Assembly (NCBI GenBank): GCA_002440965.1 | Contig: DJWJ01000031.1 | Span: 6,348-70,347, forward strand | DNA from: Candidatus Omnitrophica bacterium UBA6233 | GTDB taxonomy: Bacteria; Omnitrophota; Gorgyraeia; Gygaellales; Profunditerraquicolaceae | Direction: 5' to 3' | Length of the DNA stretch: 64,000 bases | In this document: positions 8,963 through 18,509 of the stretch, in pieces | Layout: each line of letters opens with the position of its first letter | Position numbering within the stretch: the first letter of the stretch is position 1 | Translations under genes and position numbers: made by a program | Notes under the pieces: generated by a model | What the model was told of the DNA's origin: nothing | The model's input: only the letters and a program-made list of their open reading frames with translations | Database searches by the model: none

Positions 8963-9136
8963 AGTTTTGTAGTAAAGATTAGAAGTCTTAGGCCGTGAGG
9001 ATTAGGAAACTAACCTTGCGGTTTTTTTATCGCTGTCATTGTTTGTCCGGTTAGAGTTAGTAGAATCTATCAGATGAAAGTGAGGCGGATTTCTGAAAGA
9101 TTTTACTATAATTATAAGAAAAGGAGGTAACAAGCA

Positions 9137-9337
9137 ATGGTAAAAGGATCAGTAAAGTGGTTCAGCGATCAAAAAGGTTATGGTTTTATCACGCCGGAGA
9201 ATGGTAAGGATGTGTTTGTGCATCATTCATCTATTCAGGGTGAAGGATACAAATCTTTAGCTGAAGGTCAGCAAGTCGAGTTTGAAATCGAACAAGGACC
9301 TAAAGGTGAACAGGCGACTAAGGTCGTCAAGTTATAG
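9137..9337 (+). CDS. cspA: Cold-shock protein (CspA family)
   Basis: [34 protein letters not shown] has RNP1/RNP2 motifs. 66 aa. AAGGAGG RBS. Confidence 0.9.
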   Translation: MVKGSVKWFSDQKGYGFITPENGKDVFVHHSSIQGEGYKSLAEGQQVEFEIEQGPKGEQATKVVKL

Positions 9338-9350
9338 CCTAAAAAAACGA

Positions 9351-9389
9351 ATAGGGTTCGGCATTAACAGTGCTGAACCCTATTTTTTC
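9351..9389 (+). terminator. Rho-independent terminator after cspA
   Basis: ATAGGGTTC (9351-9359) / GAACCCTAT (9375-9383), 15-nt loop, followed by TTTTT (9384-9388). Confidence 0.65.
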
Positions 9390-9409
9390 ACTTATAAGGA
9401 GTAATTAAA

Positions 9410-9547
9410 ATGAATAGCTGTATGAGATGCGGGGAGAGATTAGCGCATAATTACCTGGTAACGGTATTTACGCTCGTAAAAGAAGAAAGAAAAAGAATGA
9501 TTGTGTGTTTGAAGTGCAGGGAAGTCTTAAACAAACAGCTAAAATGA
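9410..9547 (+). CDS. 45-aa CxxC...CxxC Zn-ribbon miniprotein
   Basis: AAGGAG RBS at 9395-9400. MNSCMRCGE...CLKCREV. Overlaps the start of the next ORF. Confidence 0.3.
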   Translation: MNSCMRCGERLAHNYLVTVFTLVKEERKRMIVCLKCREVLNKQLK

Positions 9548-9915
9548 AGCCAAAAAGAAAAATTAAGAAAATTGATTGCGTGAAATGCAGTCAACAACAC
9601 GCTTGCTGTGACTTTGGGGCTTGGGTGGATCTGGAAGAAGCTAAGAAAATATTATCTCTGGGATTAAAAGGGGGAGACTTTTTTCATCTTGAGAAAGATG
9701 ATGACTACCCTTCCGGTTATCGGGTTGGCACGAGCGTTGAAGATGAACGTTGTTCTTTTTTAACCCCTGAGGGGTTATGCGCTATTCATAAAGTCGATTA
9801 TAATTTGAAACCGCGCCACTGCAAAGAATTTCCATATGAAAATGGAAAATTAGCCCCTTTAGCAGACGTATTATGTTCGGCAGTTAAATTCAAGAAAAAA
9901 TCTAGAAAGAAATAG
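9505..9915 (+). CDS. YkgJ/UPF0153-like Cys-cluster (Zn/Fe-chelating) protein
   Basis: CVKCSQQHACC matches the Cx2Cx4CC pattern of the UPF0153 family, with additional Cys/His downstream. Alternative start at 9544. Confidence 0.45.
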   Translation: MFEVQGSLKQTAKMKPKRKIKKIDCVKCSQQHACCDFGAWVDLEEAKKILSLGLKGGDFFHLEKDDDYPSGYRVGTSVEDERCSFLTPEGLCAIHKVDYNLKPRHCKEFPYENGKLAPLADVLCSAVKFKKKSRKK

Positions 9916-9926
9916 GATAAATCAAG

Positions 9927-10556
9927 ATGAACATTTTTGTAGGAAATTTGCCATTTGACGCTACAGAAGCCGATGTAAAAAAGCTCTTTGAGGGTTTTGG
10001 GAGTGTTCTTTCCGCGGTGATTGTGATGGAGAAACAAAAAAAAGCTCCTAAATCCAGAGGGTTTGGTTTTGTGGATATGCCTGATGACGGACAGGCGAGT
10101 GCCGCGATATCCGCGCTTAACGGTAAAGAATTTATGGGGCGAGCTCTTAATGTAAATTCCGCGCGCTCCAAAGAAGAAGCGCAAGAGGCGCATAAGTTGA
10201 AAGTGAGCAAACGGTTAGAAATTAAGGCGCTTGTCCGACGGTGTTCCAAGGAAGAGACAGGGCCGGATAAGACTTGGTTTGCTCCGGTTTTTAGAAAGCC
10301 CGGCGCCTATAAGGGCGGCAGGCGCACGAATAGCTATATGAAACGCAAAGGATTAGCCGGAATGCCGCAAGAGGAGAAGCCGCGTAGGGATTTTCGGGAT
10401 AATCCTATGCGTTGGCTTAAAAGAAAAGATCAACCAAAAGTTTGGCAGAAGGCTGAAAGGCCGACCCGGCCTGGAGTTGGCGTTAAACCTTGGAAGAAGA
10501 GTATCAGGCTCGCGCAAAAATCTAGTTATAAAGTCAGCAGAAAATCGTATACGTAA
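9927..10556 (+). CDS. RRM-domain RNA-binding protein with long basic C-terminal tail
   Basis: NIFVGNLPFDATE (RNP2) and RGFGFVDM (RNP1). Roughly 120-aa Lys/Arg-rich tail. Confidence 0.75.
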   Translation: MNIFVGNLPFDATEADVKKLFEGFGSVLSAVIVMEKQKKAPKSRGFGFVDMPDDGQASAAISALNGKEFMGRALNVNSARSKEEAQEAHKLKVSKRLEIKALVRRCSKEETGPDKTWFAPVFRKPGAYKGGRRTNSYMKRKGLAGMPQEEKPRRDFRDNPMRWLKRKDQPKVWQKAERPTRPGVGVKPWKKSIRLAQKSSYKVSRKSYT

Positions 10557-10595
10557 AAACCACCCGAATTTTAATCTGTAGCATTTCATTTTAAG

Positions 10596-11552
10596 ATGGC
10601 AGAGAATACAAACACGCTTGTCAGTGTAGTCATAGTTACCTGTGGCGTAGGCAATTATTTGTCAGATTGCCTTGATTCTTTGGAACCTCAAAGACAGGAT
10701 TTCAGGGAAGCGATAATTATCGATAATTCCCTCAATCCTGATTTTTTTAGAAGGATAAAAGAAAGATACTCTTGGGCGCAAATATATCCTAGCGAAGTTA
10801 ATTTGTATTATTGCGCCTCTTTGAATAAGGGAATAGAATTGAGCGGCGGAGAATTCATATTGTGTCTTAATGATGATGTTTCTTTGGCTAAGGATTTCAT
10901 TCATAACGCCTTGAAAGGTTTTTTTAATGATAATATAGGTATGGTTAGCGGCAAAATATTGCGAAAAGACAAAAAAACATTGGATAGCGCAGGGTTATTT
11001 TTGACTAATTATAGAACGGCAAAAGAAAGAGGCTATGCTTTGTCGGATACGGGAAAATTTGCAGAAGCGGGTTTTATTTTTGGCGCAAGCGGTTGTGCCG
11101 CATTCTACCGCAGGAAGATGCTTGAGTCGATTAAAGAGGGGAAGGATTACCTGGATACCGATTTACGCATGTTTTACGAGGATCTAGATGTATCTTGGCG
11201 TTCAAGCAGGCGCGGGTGGAAGTCTTATTATATTCCTGAAGCAATAGCTTATCATGCTCGCGGCGGATCTTTTCGCCCCGAAAGCGGATTAAATAAGCCA
11301 ATGGCTGTCAGGTATCTAAGCGACCGGTTATTTAGCGATTTAATCAAGAATCGGTATATTGTTATGCTCAAGAACGAGAGATTTTCCAGATTCATTCTGA
11401 ATATTGTTCCGATAGTTCTTTATGATTTATGTCTATGGGGGTATGTTTTTCTGTTTCGGCCAAAGGTAATTAAAATATTCATTTCGGATAGGAAATATTT
11501 TGCGCGCGCTTTAAGAAAAAGAAATAAGCTTATCAGGCTGGTCCGCGCTTAG
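10596..11552 (+). CDS. Glycosyltransferase family 2
   Basis: VSVVIVTCG...IIIDNS...LNDDV(DxD)...FYEDLD. 318 aa. Confidence 0.75.
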   Translation: MAENTNTLVSVVIVTCGVGNYLSDCLDSLEPQRQDFREAIIIDNSLNPDFFRRIKERYSWAQIYPSEVNLYYCASLNKGIELSGGEFILCLNDDVSLAKDFIHNALKGFFNDNIGMVSGKILRKDKKTLDSAGLFLTNYRTAKERGYALSDTGKFAEAGFIFGASGCAAFYRRKMLESIKEGKDYLDTDLRMFYEDLDVSWRSSRRGWKSYYIPEAIAYHARGGSFRPESGLNKPMAVRYLSDRLFSDLIKNRYIVMLKNERFSRFILNIVPIVLYDLCLWGYVFLFRPKVIKIFISDRKYFARALRKRNKLIRLVRA

Positions 11553-12659
11553 ATATGAAGATAATATTCCCAAGGCTAGCCACCAGATTGTGTTTATTTC
11601 CGGTAGGAAGAACGAGAAATCGACAGCATTGTGGAATAAGAAAATGCAGCACAATGAGAGTAATCCGGCAAGCTGCTTGTCTCCTGAATCTTTAATTTTT
11701 TTAAAGCCCCTCCTTAAAACAGAAATAACCAGCCATAAAAATGAAGCTAACCCCAGAATACCAGTCTCTGCTAGGATTTGTAAATAAGAGTTATGGGTGT
11801 ATCTGGAAGATGGAAGATTGAAATTTCCGATTCCTACTCCGTTGAGCGGATGTTTTTCGATGATTTTTATTGTCTCCATCCAGTAATCCCACCTGGTTAG
11901 CGCTGAAAAGGTTGGAGTAAACTGTTTCTTTTCGATTGCGCTTCGGGTAATAAATATTGATATAATAATCGTTAATACCGCCAAAAGGACAAAGAGCCTT
12001 CTTTTTTTAATCCCTCCCCGCATATAAAAGAATATTAATAATCCTCCCAACAAGCTTATCAGAGCGCCTAATGACTTAGTGAGAAATAAAGCCATTGATA
12101 ACGGGATAGCTAGCCAGATTAAAGGGCCGATGGTTAGGGTAAGGGGTAAGACCATGGCTAAGTATCCTCCCAAGGCATTGGGGGTGACGAAAGGGAAAAA
12201 TGTGCGTTTTTGAGCGATATAATCCAGGATGAAAGAGCTGGAAATATTTTGTTCAGCGATATAGCTTGTGAGGTGCTGGAAGCCTAAGATATATTGGTAA
12301 ATAGACAGAAGACTGATAATTAATCCGGAAGCAACCAGCCAGAAAATCGCGCGGTTTCTGTATTTGCAAGAAAATGACGCTCCTACGAGAAAAAGCAATA
12401 TTCCGGTTGCGTATTTATAGGATTCCCCTATGCTTATTGACTTATCCTGCGATAATATTAAAGAAATGGCGATTGACAATATAAATACAGATAATGGTAA
12501 TGCCAGATATTTGGTTAACCTTAAAGTTTTAGAGTTTCGCAACAGCCAAGCCAAAAGAAGCATAAATAAAAATGCGGAAAAGATAAAATTAGCATATGGA
12601 AAAGCAAGAGAGGATATGAAGGGGCGGATGAAAGTAAAAAATAATATTATGTCTGACAC
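11511..12659 (-). CDS. O-antigen ligase/polymerase-like (Wzy_C domain) polytopic membrane protein
   Basis: About 10 predicted TM segments. Periplasmic-loop motif HNSYLQILAETGILG matches the Wzy_C/WaaL signature (H-N-x-Y-L...E-x-G-x-x-G). Confidence 0.7.
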   Translation of the reverse strand: MSDIILFFTFIRPFISSLAFPYANFIFSAFLFMLLLAWLLRNSKTLRLTKYLALPLSVFILSIAISLILSQDKSISIGESYKYATGILLFLVGASFSCKYRNRAIFWLVASGLIISLLSIYQYILGFQHLTSYIAEQNISSSFILDYIAQKRTFFPFVTPNALGGYLAMVLPLTLTIGPLIWLAIPLSMALFLTKSLGALISLLGGLLIFFYMRGGIKKRRLFVLLAVLTIIISIFITRSAIEKKQFTPTFSALTRWDYWMETIKIIEKHPLNGVGIGNFNLPSSRYTHNSYLQILAETGILGLASFLWLVISVLRRGFKKIKDSGDKQLAGLLSLCCIFLFHNAVDFSFFLPEINTIWWLALGILSSYLSADQPDKLISFS

Positions 12660-12863
12660 TTGTTTAATTATACTTCCTTTTAGGTTAAAACGTCAAGATT
12701 TACTTATTTGTGTTTAAGCAAGGCTTGAGTTTGGGCTTTAAAATGATATAATATTGTCTGGCAAATCCATGAAAAATCAAGAATTCTTTTGTGGTTAATA
12801 GCATGTCTATATTCTAAAAGTAGCCACGTTTGAGTATACGGCATAAGGGAGAAATCCGCGGAT

Positions 12864-14420
12864 ATGGGAAAAGAATTTGGTAAAGGCAGGGGCTCCCTTA
12901 AAATATTCTTGTTGATTTCCCTGATTTTATTTTTTGCTCTGTTTTTGCGCTTGTATACTTTGAGCCAGAAGAGTTTTTGGTATGATGAAGCCTGTAGCCT
13001 GCAGTTTTCAGTTAACCATATCGGCGCAATTTTCAATGACCACTATTTAATCAGGCCGCTGTACTTCATTTTTCTTCAAATCTGGACGCATATTTTTGGC
13101 ATAGGAGAGTTTTTTTCCAGGCTGCCTTCGGTAATCTTCGGTTTTCTTTCCGTTTTGTTCATATATTATTTGGGTAAAGAACTGTTTGAGAAAAAAACCG
13201 GAATTATTGCCGCCTTTTTGCTGGCTGTCTCTTATTATCATATTGCCTGGTCGCAGCAGGCAAGGAATTATTCTTTACTGGTTTTCTTATGTATAATTTC
13301 CAGCTTAAGCTATATCCTGGCGGTTAAACGGGGCCGTTTATTCGGTTTCTGCATTTATTTCATTTTCACTGTTTTAGCGGTTTTGACCAATCCCATAGCT
13401 ATCCTATTGTTTTTGTTTCAAATGGCCATTATCTTTAAATTTCTCCATGTCGGCGAAAAAAGATGGAAGATCACGTTATCCCTGGTTTTTATTCCGATTT
13501 TTGCCCTGATTTTCTTGCTATATAAATTCAGAGTCTATGTGCTCCAGGATTTATCTGCAGCTGGACTACCGGGAGTGAACATACAAAGAGTTTGGGAGTT
13601 GTTTAATGTATTCAGTTCCGGTGGAGGGTATGTTGCGCAGGGGGCGACAGCCCATCAGGCAGGTTCTTCCGTAGTTTTTTTATCGTTCGTTATCGGTATA
13701 CTTTTCCTTGCTTTCTATATTTATGGTGTTTTTGCGAGTTTTCGGAATAAAAGAAAGAGTGCCATTTATTGTCTTGGATGGTTTTGGATCCCGTTTTTTG
13801 CCTTGATTTATCTGCAATTATTCGGTTTTAACTGTTTTTCTCCCAAGTATATGATATTTGCTTTGCCTGCTTATTACTTGATTATTGCAAGAGGCATGGC
13901 TTTTTTATCATCGAAAGTCACCTTGTTGATTGTGCTTATAGGGATTATTTTAAGCAGTTATTTCCATTTAAATTTTTACTATCATCCGCCGGATTATTCT
14001 TCGTGGAGAGAAGCAGCCGCCTATGTTGGAAAATATATAAAGGGTTCGGATAGGGTTATAATTATTCCTTCGGCGCAGATCACTCCTTTTTGGTTATATT
14101 ATAAGAGTTTTTCCGGGGATTTTTCATCCATCGGTAATGGAATTAACGGTAAGGTAAGGTTGGTTAATGGAGTCTGGCGAAAAGAGTTTTATGACGGAAG
14201 AAATCTTGTTACAGGAATTGGGCTTAATGGTGTTGGAGATTTTATCAGGGATAATGCCGATAAGAAATCCGATCTTTGGGTGATTGTTTCTAAATATTGG
14301 CCCGGTTTAAGAAATTACCAGATGTTTACGGAATATTTACAGAGTAATTATGTTTTTGTCGAGAAAAAAGAATTTAGTTTTGAAGGGGTTGAAATTTTAC
14401 GGTATAAAACCGCTTCATAA
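12864..14420 (+). CDS. GT-C family glycosyltransferase (PMT_2/ArnT-like, polyprenol-P-sugar dependent)
   Basis: N-terminal TM followed by the YDEA loop motif (DE). Multiple TM segments and a C-terminal periplasmic domain. 518 aa. Confidence 0.6.
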   Translation: MGKEFGKGRGSLKIFLLISLILFFALFLRLYTLSQKSFWYDEACSLQFSVNHIGAIFNDHYLIRPLYFIFLQIWTHIFGIGEFFSRLPSVIFGFLSVLFIYYLGKELFEKKTGIIAAFLLAVSYYHIAWSQQARNYSLLVFLCIISSLSYILAVKRGRLFGFCIYFIFTVLAVLTNPIAILLFLFQMAIIFKFLHVGEKRWKITLSLVFIPIFALIFLLYKFRVYVLQDLSAAGLPGVNIQRVWELFNVFSSGGGYVAQGATAHQAGSSVVFLSFVIGILFLAFYIYGVFASFRNKRKSAIYCLGWFWIPFFALIYLQLFGFNCFSPKYMIFALPAYYLIIARGMAFLSSKVTLLIVLIGIILSSYFHLNFYYHPPDYSSWREAAAYVGKYIKGSDRVIIIPSAQITPFWLYYKSFSGDFSSIGNGINGKVRLVNGVWRKEFYDGRNLVTGIGLNGVGDFIRDNADKKSDLWVIVSKYWPGLRNYQMFTEYLQSNYVFVEKKEFSFEGVEILRYKTAS

Positions 14421-14493
14421 AACCATAACCGCGTGTATTTGGTCTCCAATAATTTTATCATATGATTATTCAGATGTTTAATATTTTTGTGAT

Positions 14494-15243
14494 ATGTTAA
14501 AAAATAAATTTAGCTATGAAAAACAATGTGGCATTTCTGTGATTATCCCGGTTAATAATGAAGCGGAGAATATAGATTATTTGTATGAAAGTTTAAGTAC
14601 GGAATTGGAAAAATTACGCATTGGCTATGAATTGATATTTATCGATGATTTTAGCTCTGATAATACCAAAGAAGTGATAAGCGCTCTCTCTGCACGAGAC
14701 AGGCATATTTGTTATTGCAGGCTTAGCGAAAGATCCGGGCAGACGTCAGCGATTTCAAAAGGGTTTCAGATGGCCAAGAATGATATAATTATAACTATGG
14801 ATGGTGATCTTCAATGCGATCCTGTATATATAAAAGATATGCTAGCTAAGCTTGATGAAGGCTTTGACGCTGTGCTTGGTTGGAGAGTTGTCAGGAAGGA
14901 TGGCGCTATAGTCAGGATATCTTCTTGTTTAGGTAATTCGATTGTCAACCTTATTTTCCAAACAAAATTTAGAGATATAGCCACGCCTTACAGGGTATTT
15001 AAAAAAAATGTTTTTCCAGTTAATTATAATTTGAATCGTGGTTATCATAGATTTCTCCCTTTATTTTTCAATAAAAGATGCAATTTTCTTGAATTTCCCA
15101 TTTGTTTTAAGAAGAGGTATCGTGGAAAATCGCACTATAATATCAGTAAACTTTTTAATTGTCTGGCAAGTATAATTCTTCTGTTAATTTCTAGGCATAG
15201 GCAAAGCAGAGGAGGTAGCCTTTATTTTCTACATAATGGATAA
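14494..15243 (+). CDS. GT2 polyprenol-phosphate glycosyltransferase (DPM1/ArnC/GtrB-like)
   Basis: ISVIIPVNNEAENI...FIDDFSSDNT...MDGDLQ(DxD). 249 aa. Confidence 0.7.
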   Translation: MLKNKFSYEKQCGISVIIPVNNEAENIDYLYESLSTELEKLRIGYELIFIDDFSSDNTKEVISALSARDRHICYCRLSERSGQTSAISKGFQMAKNDIIITMDGDLQCDPVYIKDMLAKLDEGFDAVLGWRVVRKDGAIVRISSCLGNSIVNLIFQTKFRDIATPYRVFKKNVFPVNYNLNRGYHRFLPLFFNKRCNFLEFPICFKKRYRGKSHYNISKLFNCLASIILLLISRHRQSRGGSLYFLHNG

Positions 15244-15264
15244 ATTGATATCTAAGAGATAAAA

Positions 15265-17082
15265 ATGAATATTCTGGGCTTAGCCTGTTTTTATCACGAT
15301 AGCGCAGCGTGTCTTTTACAAGACGGCAAAATTATTGGTGCCGTTGAAGAAGAGCGCTTTACGCGCAAGAAACACGATTCCAGTTTTCCCATAAATTCTA
15401 TAAACTGGTGTTTGAAAGCAGCGGATATAAAACCAAAAGATCTGGACTATGTCGTGTTTTATGATAAGCCCTTTATAAAATTTGAGCGGATTCTGGAAAC
15501 GTATCTTATGTATGCGCCATCAGGGGTCAGGCAATTTATTCAGGCCATACCTTTGTGGCTGAAACAGAAGCTTTGGATTCCGGATATCATTCGGAAAGAG
15601 CTGGATTTCGAGGGAGAAATCTTGTTTTCCGAACATCACCGTTCGCACGCCGCCAGCGCCTTCTACCCCTCGCCGTTTAAAGAGGCAGCTTTTTTGACTA
15701 TAGACGGAGTGGGGGAATGGGAAACAACAAGTTTTGGGGTAGGCAAAGAAAACGATTTGGAATTAAATTATTATCTTAAATTTCCTCACTCTTTGGGGTT
15801 GTTGTATTCCGCTTTCACGTATTATGCCGGTTTTAAGGTTAATTCGGGCGAGTATAAACTTATGGGATTGGCTCCTTACGGTGAACCGAAGTACTCCGGT
15901 TTAATTTTAGATAATTTGATTGATCTTAAAAAAGACGGTTCTTTTAAATTAGATATGAAATATTTTGGTTTTTGTAACGGTGTAAAGATGACTAATTGGA
16001 GATTTGAGAGATTATTTGGCGGGCCGCCGAGGAAACCGGAGACCGGAATCAGGGAAAAAGACATGGATATTGCCGCTTCTATCCAGAAGGTTACCGAAGA
16101 AATTATGTTGAGGATGGCTTCTTATGTGCATGAGGTTACAAAACAGAATAATCTTTGTCTTGCCGGAGGAGTGGCGTTGAATTGCGTTGGTAACGGCCGA
16201 ATCCTGCGCGAAAGCCCTTTTAAAGAGATATGGATACAACCGGCAAGCGGAGATGCCGGCGGCGCTTTAGGCGCAGCGTTTTGGGTTTGGCATAAGTATT
16301 TAGGCAACAAAAGGGAGCCGGATAAAAACTCTGGCAGGCAGGATAACTCTCTATTTGGGCCATCTTATAGCGATAACGAAATAGAAAGTTTTCTTAAGAA
16401 AGCAGGCGCGTCTTACAAAAAATTGCCCTTTTCAGAGATACCTGAAGTTGTTTCCGGCTTAATCATTCAGGGCAAAATTATAGGATGGTTTCAGGGGCGT
16501 TTGGAGTTTGGGCCTCGTGGTTTAGGCGCCAGGAGCATAATCGGCGATGCGCGCAATCCCGATATGCAGTTGAAATTGAACCTGAAAATAAAATACCGCG
16601 AGTCATTCCGGCCTTTTGCTCCTACGGTTTTAAATGATAAAGCTAGCGAGTGGTTTGAATTAGGTATTGAAAGCCCTTATATGCTTTTAGCTGCTTCTTT
16701 AAGGAGCGATAAGCGGATAGAAAATAAATCTCTATCAGAGGGGCTAAGAGGATTGGATAAAATGAAGGTTATTCGTTCGTTGATACCCGCAGTTACGCAT
16801 GTAGATTATTCAGCGAGAATCCAGACTATAAAAAAGGAAGATAATCCACTGTATTATGATACAATAAATCAATTCTATAGAAAAACTGGTTGTCCTGTAA
16901 TAATCAATACTTCGTTTAATATAAGGGGTGAGCCGCTTGTCTGCAGCCCGGAAGATGCCTTTAGGTGTTTTATGCGGACGGAAATGGATAATCTTGTGAT
17001 GGGAAGGTTTTTATTGGATAAAAAAGAGCAGGAGGCGGTTAATAATGGCGAGAATCGGCAGGAAGCATTTGAGCCCGATTGA
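15265..17082 (+). CDS. Carbamoyltransferase (NodU/CmcH/TobZ family)
   Basis: MNILGLACFYHDSAACLL N-terminus (Kae1/YgjD-like). C-terminal YrdC-like carbamoyl-adenylate domain. 605 aa. Confidence 0.85.
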   Translation: MNILGLACFYHDSAACLLQDGKIIGAVEEERFTRKKHDSSFPINSINWCLKAADIKPKDLDYVVFYDKPFIKFERILETYLMYAPSGVRQFIQAIPLWLKQKLWIPDIIRKELDFEGEILFSEHHRSHAASAFYPSPFKEAAFLTIDGVGEWETTSFGVGKENDLELNYYLKFPHSLGLLYSAFTYYAGFKVNSGEYKLMGLAPYGEPKYSGLILDNLIDLKKDGSFKLDMKYFGFCNGVKMTNWRFERLFGGPPRKPETGIREKDMDIAASIQKVTEEIMLRMASYVHEVTKQNNLCLAGGVALNCVGNGRILRESPFKEIWIQPASGDAGGALGAAFWVWHKYLGNKREPDKNSGRQDNSLFGPSYSDNEIESFLKKAGASYKKLPFSEIPEVVSGLIIQGKIIGWFQGRLEFGPRGLGARSIIGDARNPDMQLKLNLKIKYRESFRPFAPTVLNDKASEWFELGIESPYMLLAASLRSDKRIENKSLSEGLRGLDKMKVIRSLIPAVTHVDYSARIQTIKKEDNPLYYDTINQFYRKTGCPVIINTSFNIRGEPLVCSPEDAFRCFMRTEMDNLVMGRFLLDKKEQEAVNNGENRQEAFEPD

Positions 17083-17455
17083 GGATATGAAGAGATTCGG
17101 TATAACTATGGGGATGGTTTTTCTTGTTATTGCCATAATCGTTCTTCTCGGGAACAGATATAATCCTCTATCTATTTTCTTTGTGTCTTTTGTTTTCTTC
17201 GTTTTAGCTTTTCTCCGGCCGCTTATTTTAAAACCCATTTATGTATTTTGGATGAAGATGGCATTTTTATTGGGTTGGGTAAATACCCGGATAATTTTAA
17301 TTGTATTATTCTATACGCTTTTTACCCCAATAGGCCTTGTAATGAAGTTATTCAAGATGGATTTGTTGGATAGGGTTATTGAAAAGAAAAAGGAATCATA
17401 CTGGAAAAAGAAAGAGGAAATCGATAATCCAGATGGTTATCAAAGGCAATTCTAA
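17045..17455 (+). CDS. SxtJ-like small membrane protein
   Basis: 3-TM small protein immediately after and overlapping the carbamoyltransferase gene. The carbamoyltransferase/SxtJ/DUF5989 triad is recurrent. Likely true start is downstream (MKRFGITMG). Confidence 0.45.
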   Translation: MARIGRKHLSPIEDMKRFGITMGMVFLVIAIIVLLGNRYNPLSIFFVSFVFFVLAFLRPLILKPIYVFWMKMAFLLGWVNTRIILIVLFYTLFTPIGLVMKLFKMDLLDRVIEKKKESYWKKKEEIDNPDGYQRQF

Positions 17456-17470
17456 AAAGGATGGAAAATT

Positions 17471-17629
17471 ATGGGTAAGGCCTCAATTTTACGGGAATTC
17501 TGGGATTTTTTGCGTATCCGAAAAAAATGGTGGCTGGCTCCGGTAATAATTATATTATTTCTTTTAAGTATTTTAATATCTTTGTCGCAAACTAGCGTTG
17601 TCGCTCCCTTTGTATATACTTTATTTTGA
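17471..17629 (+). CDS. DUF5989 (SxtK-like) 52-aa membrane miniprotein
   Basis: AAAGGATGG RBS. ...RKKWWLAPVIIILFLL... shares the KKWWL.P...L motif with the paralog at 18510-18692. Confidence 0.5.
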   Translation: MGKASILREFWDFLRIRKKWWLAPVIIILFLLSILISLSQTSVVAPFVYTLF

Positions 17630-17706
17630 TAACAGCGGAGTCAACCCAGGTAATTATAGGATAGCGTTAGTCGCGCTAGAATTAAGCGAGGTTAATTATA
17701 AAATTT

Positions 17707-18426
17707 ATGTTTGAAGAAGGATTAGTGTCTATTATTATTCCTACATATTTGGAAGCAGATAATATCCAGGGTTTGTTAGAGCGCGCTATATCTGCTTTGG
17801 ATGCTCAGGGCAGTATAAGATACGAAATATTGGTTATCGACGATAATTCTTCCGATGACACCGTCAATATTGCGAAAAGAGTTTTAGAAAAAAAAGGTAG
17901 AGTCATTAGGCGTATCGCAGGCATAAAAAGCCTTTCCCTTTCGGTGCTGGACGGAATAAAGGAAGCAAGGGGGGATATTATCGTAATTATGGATGGAGAC
18001 GGCAGCCATCCTCCGGAACTAATCCCGCTTTTTGTCAAGAATCTTAAAGAAGGTTATGATTTGGTAATTGGGAGCCGCTATATTCGTGGTGGAGGAACAA
18101 GAAATTTTCCGTTATCGCGTAAGATAATCTCACGTTTGGCCTGTTTTTTAGGCAGAATAGTCAGCAGCGTAAGAGATAATACCTCTGGTTTCTTGGGTAT
18201 AAAAAGAAGAGCGTTGGAAGGTATGGTTTTTACATCCTCGGGTTTTAAAATAGGTTTGGAAATATTCGTTAAAGCCCGGGTTAATAAGTTTAAAGAGATT
18301 CCCTACGTTTTTGTGAATAGGGCCAAAGGAAAGAGCAAGTTAAGAACAAATACTATTATAGAGTATCTTTATCAAATTCCCGTTCTTTTAAAGTATAAGT
18401 TTCTAAAAAACAAAAAGTGTGTTTGA
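17707..18426 (+). CDS. GT2 polyprenol-phosphate glycosyltransferase (DPM1-like)
   Basis: VSIIIPTYLEADNI...VIDDNSSDDT...MDGDGSHPP (DxD). 239 aa. Confidence 0.75.
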   Translation: MFEEGLVSIIIPTYLEADNIQGLLERAISALDAQGSIRYEILVIDDNSSDDTVNIAKRVLEKKGRVIRRIAGIKSLSLSVLDGIKEARGDIIVIMDGDGSHPPELIPLFVKNLKEGYDLVIGSRYIRGGGTRNFPLSRKIISRLACFLGRIVSSVRDNTSGFLGIKRRALEGMVFTSSGFKIGLEIFVKARVNKFKEIPYVFVNRAKGKSKLRTNTIIEYLYQIPVLLKYKFLKNKKCV

Positions 18427-18475
18427 TAAGCTTAATTGATACTCGGTCTATCGCTTATGTAGACCGGTAGATATC

Positions 18476-18503
18476 TTGACAGGAAAAAGTAGGTAAGTAT
18501 AAT
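18476..18503 (+). promoter_or_regulatory. Perfect-consensus sigma70 promoter, leaderless configuration
   Basis: TTGACA (18476-18481), 16-nt spacer, TATAAT (18498-18503). The ATG of the next ORF sits at 18510, 6 nt after the -10. Confidence 0.45.
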
Positions 18504-18509
18504 ATTTAT

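Noticed and set aside
9798-10589. Minus-strand ORFs overlapping the YkgJ-like and RRM genes (9798-10193, 9902-10249, 10353-10589)
   Set aside because: Antisense to ORFs with clear domain motifs (RNP1/RNP2). GC-skewed codon artefacts.
12430-13036. ORFs 12430-12717 (+) and 12704-13036 (-) at the ligase/GT-C junction
   Set aside because: Each overlaps a longer membrane-protein ORF on the opposite strand. No independent support.
15876-16310. Three minus-strand ORFs inside the carbamoyltransferase gene
   Set aside because: Nested antisense in a high-confidence 605-aa ORF.
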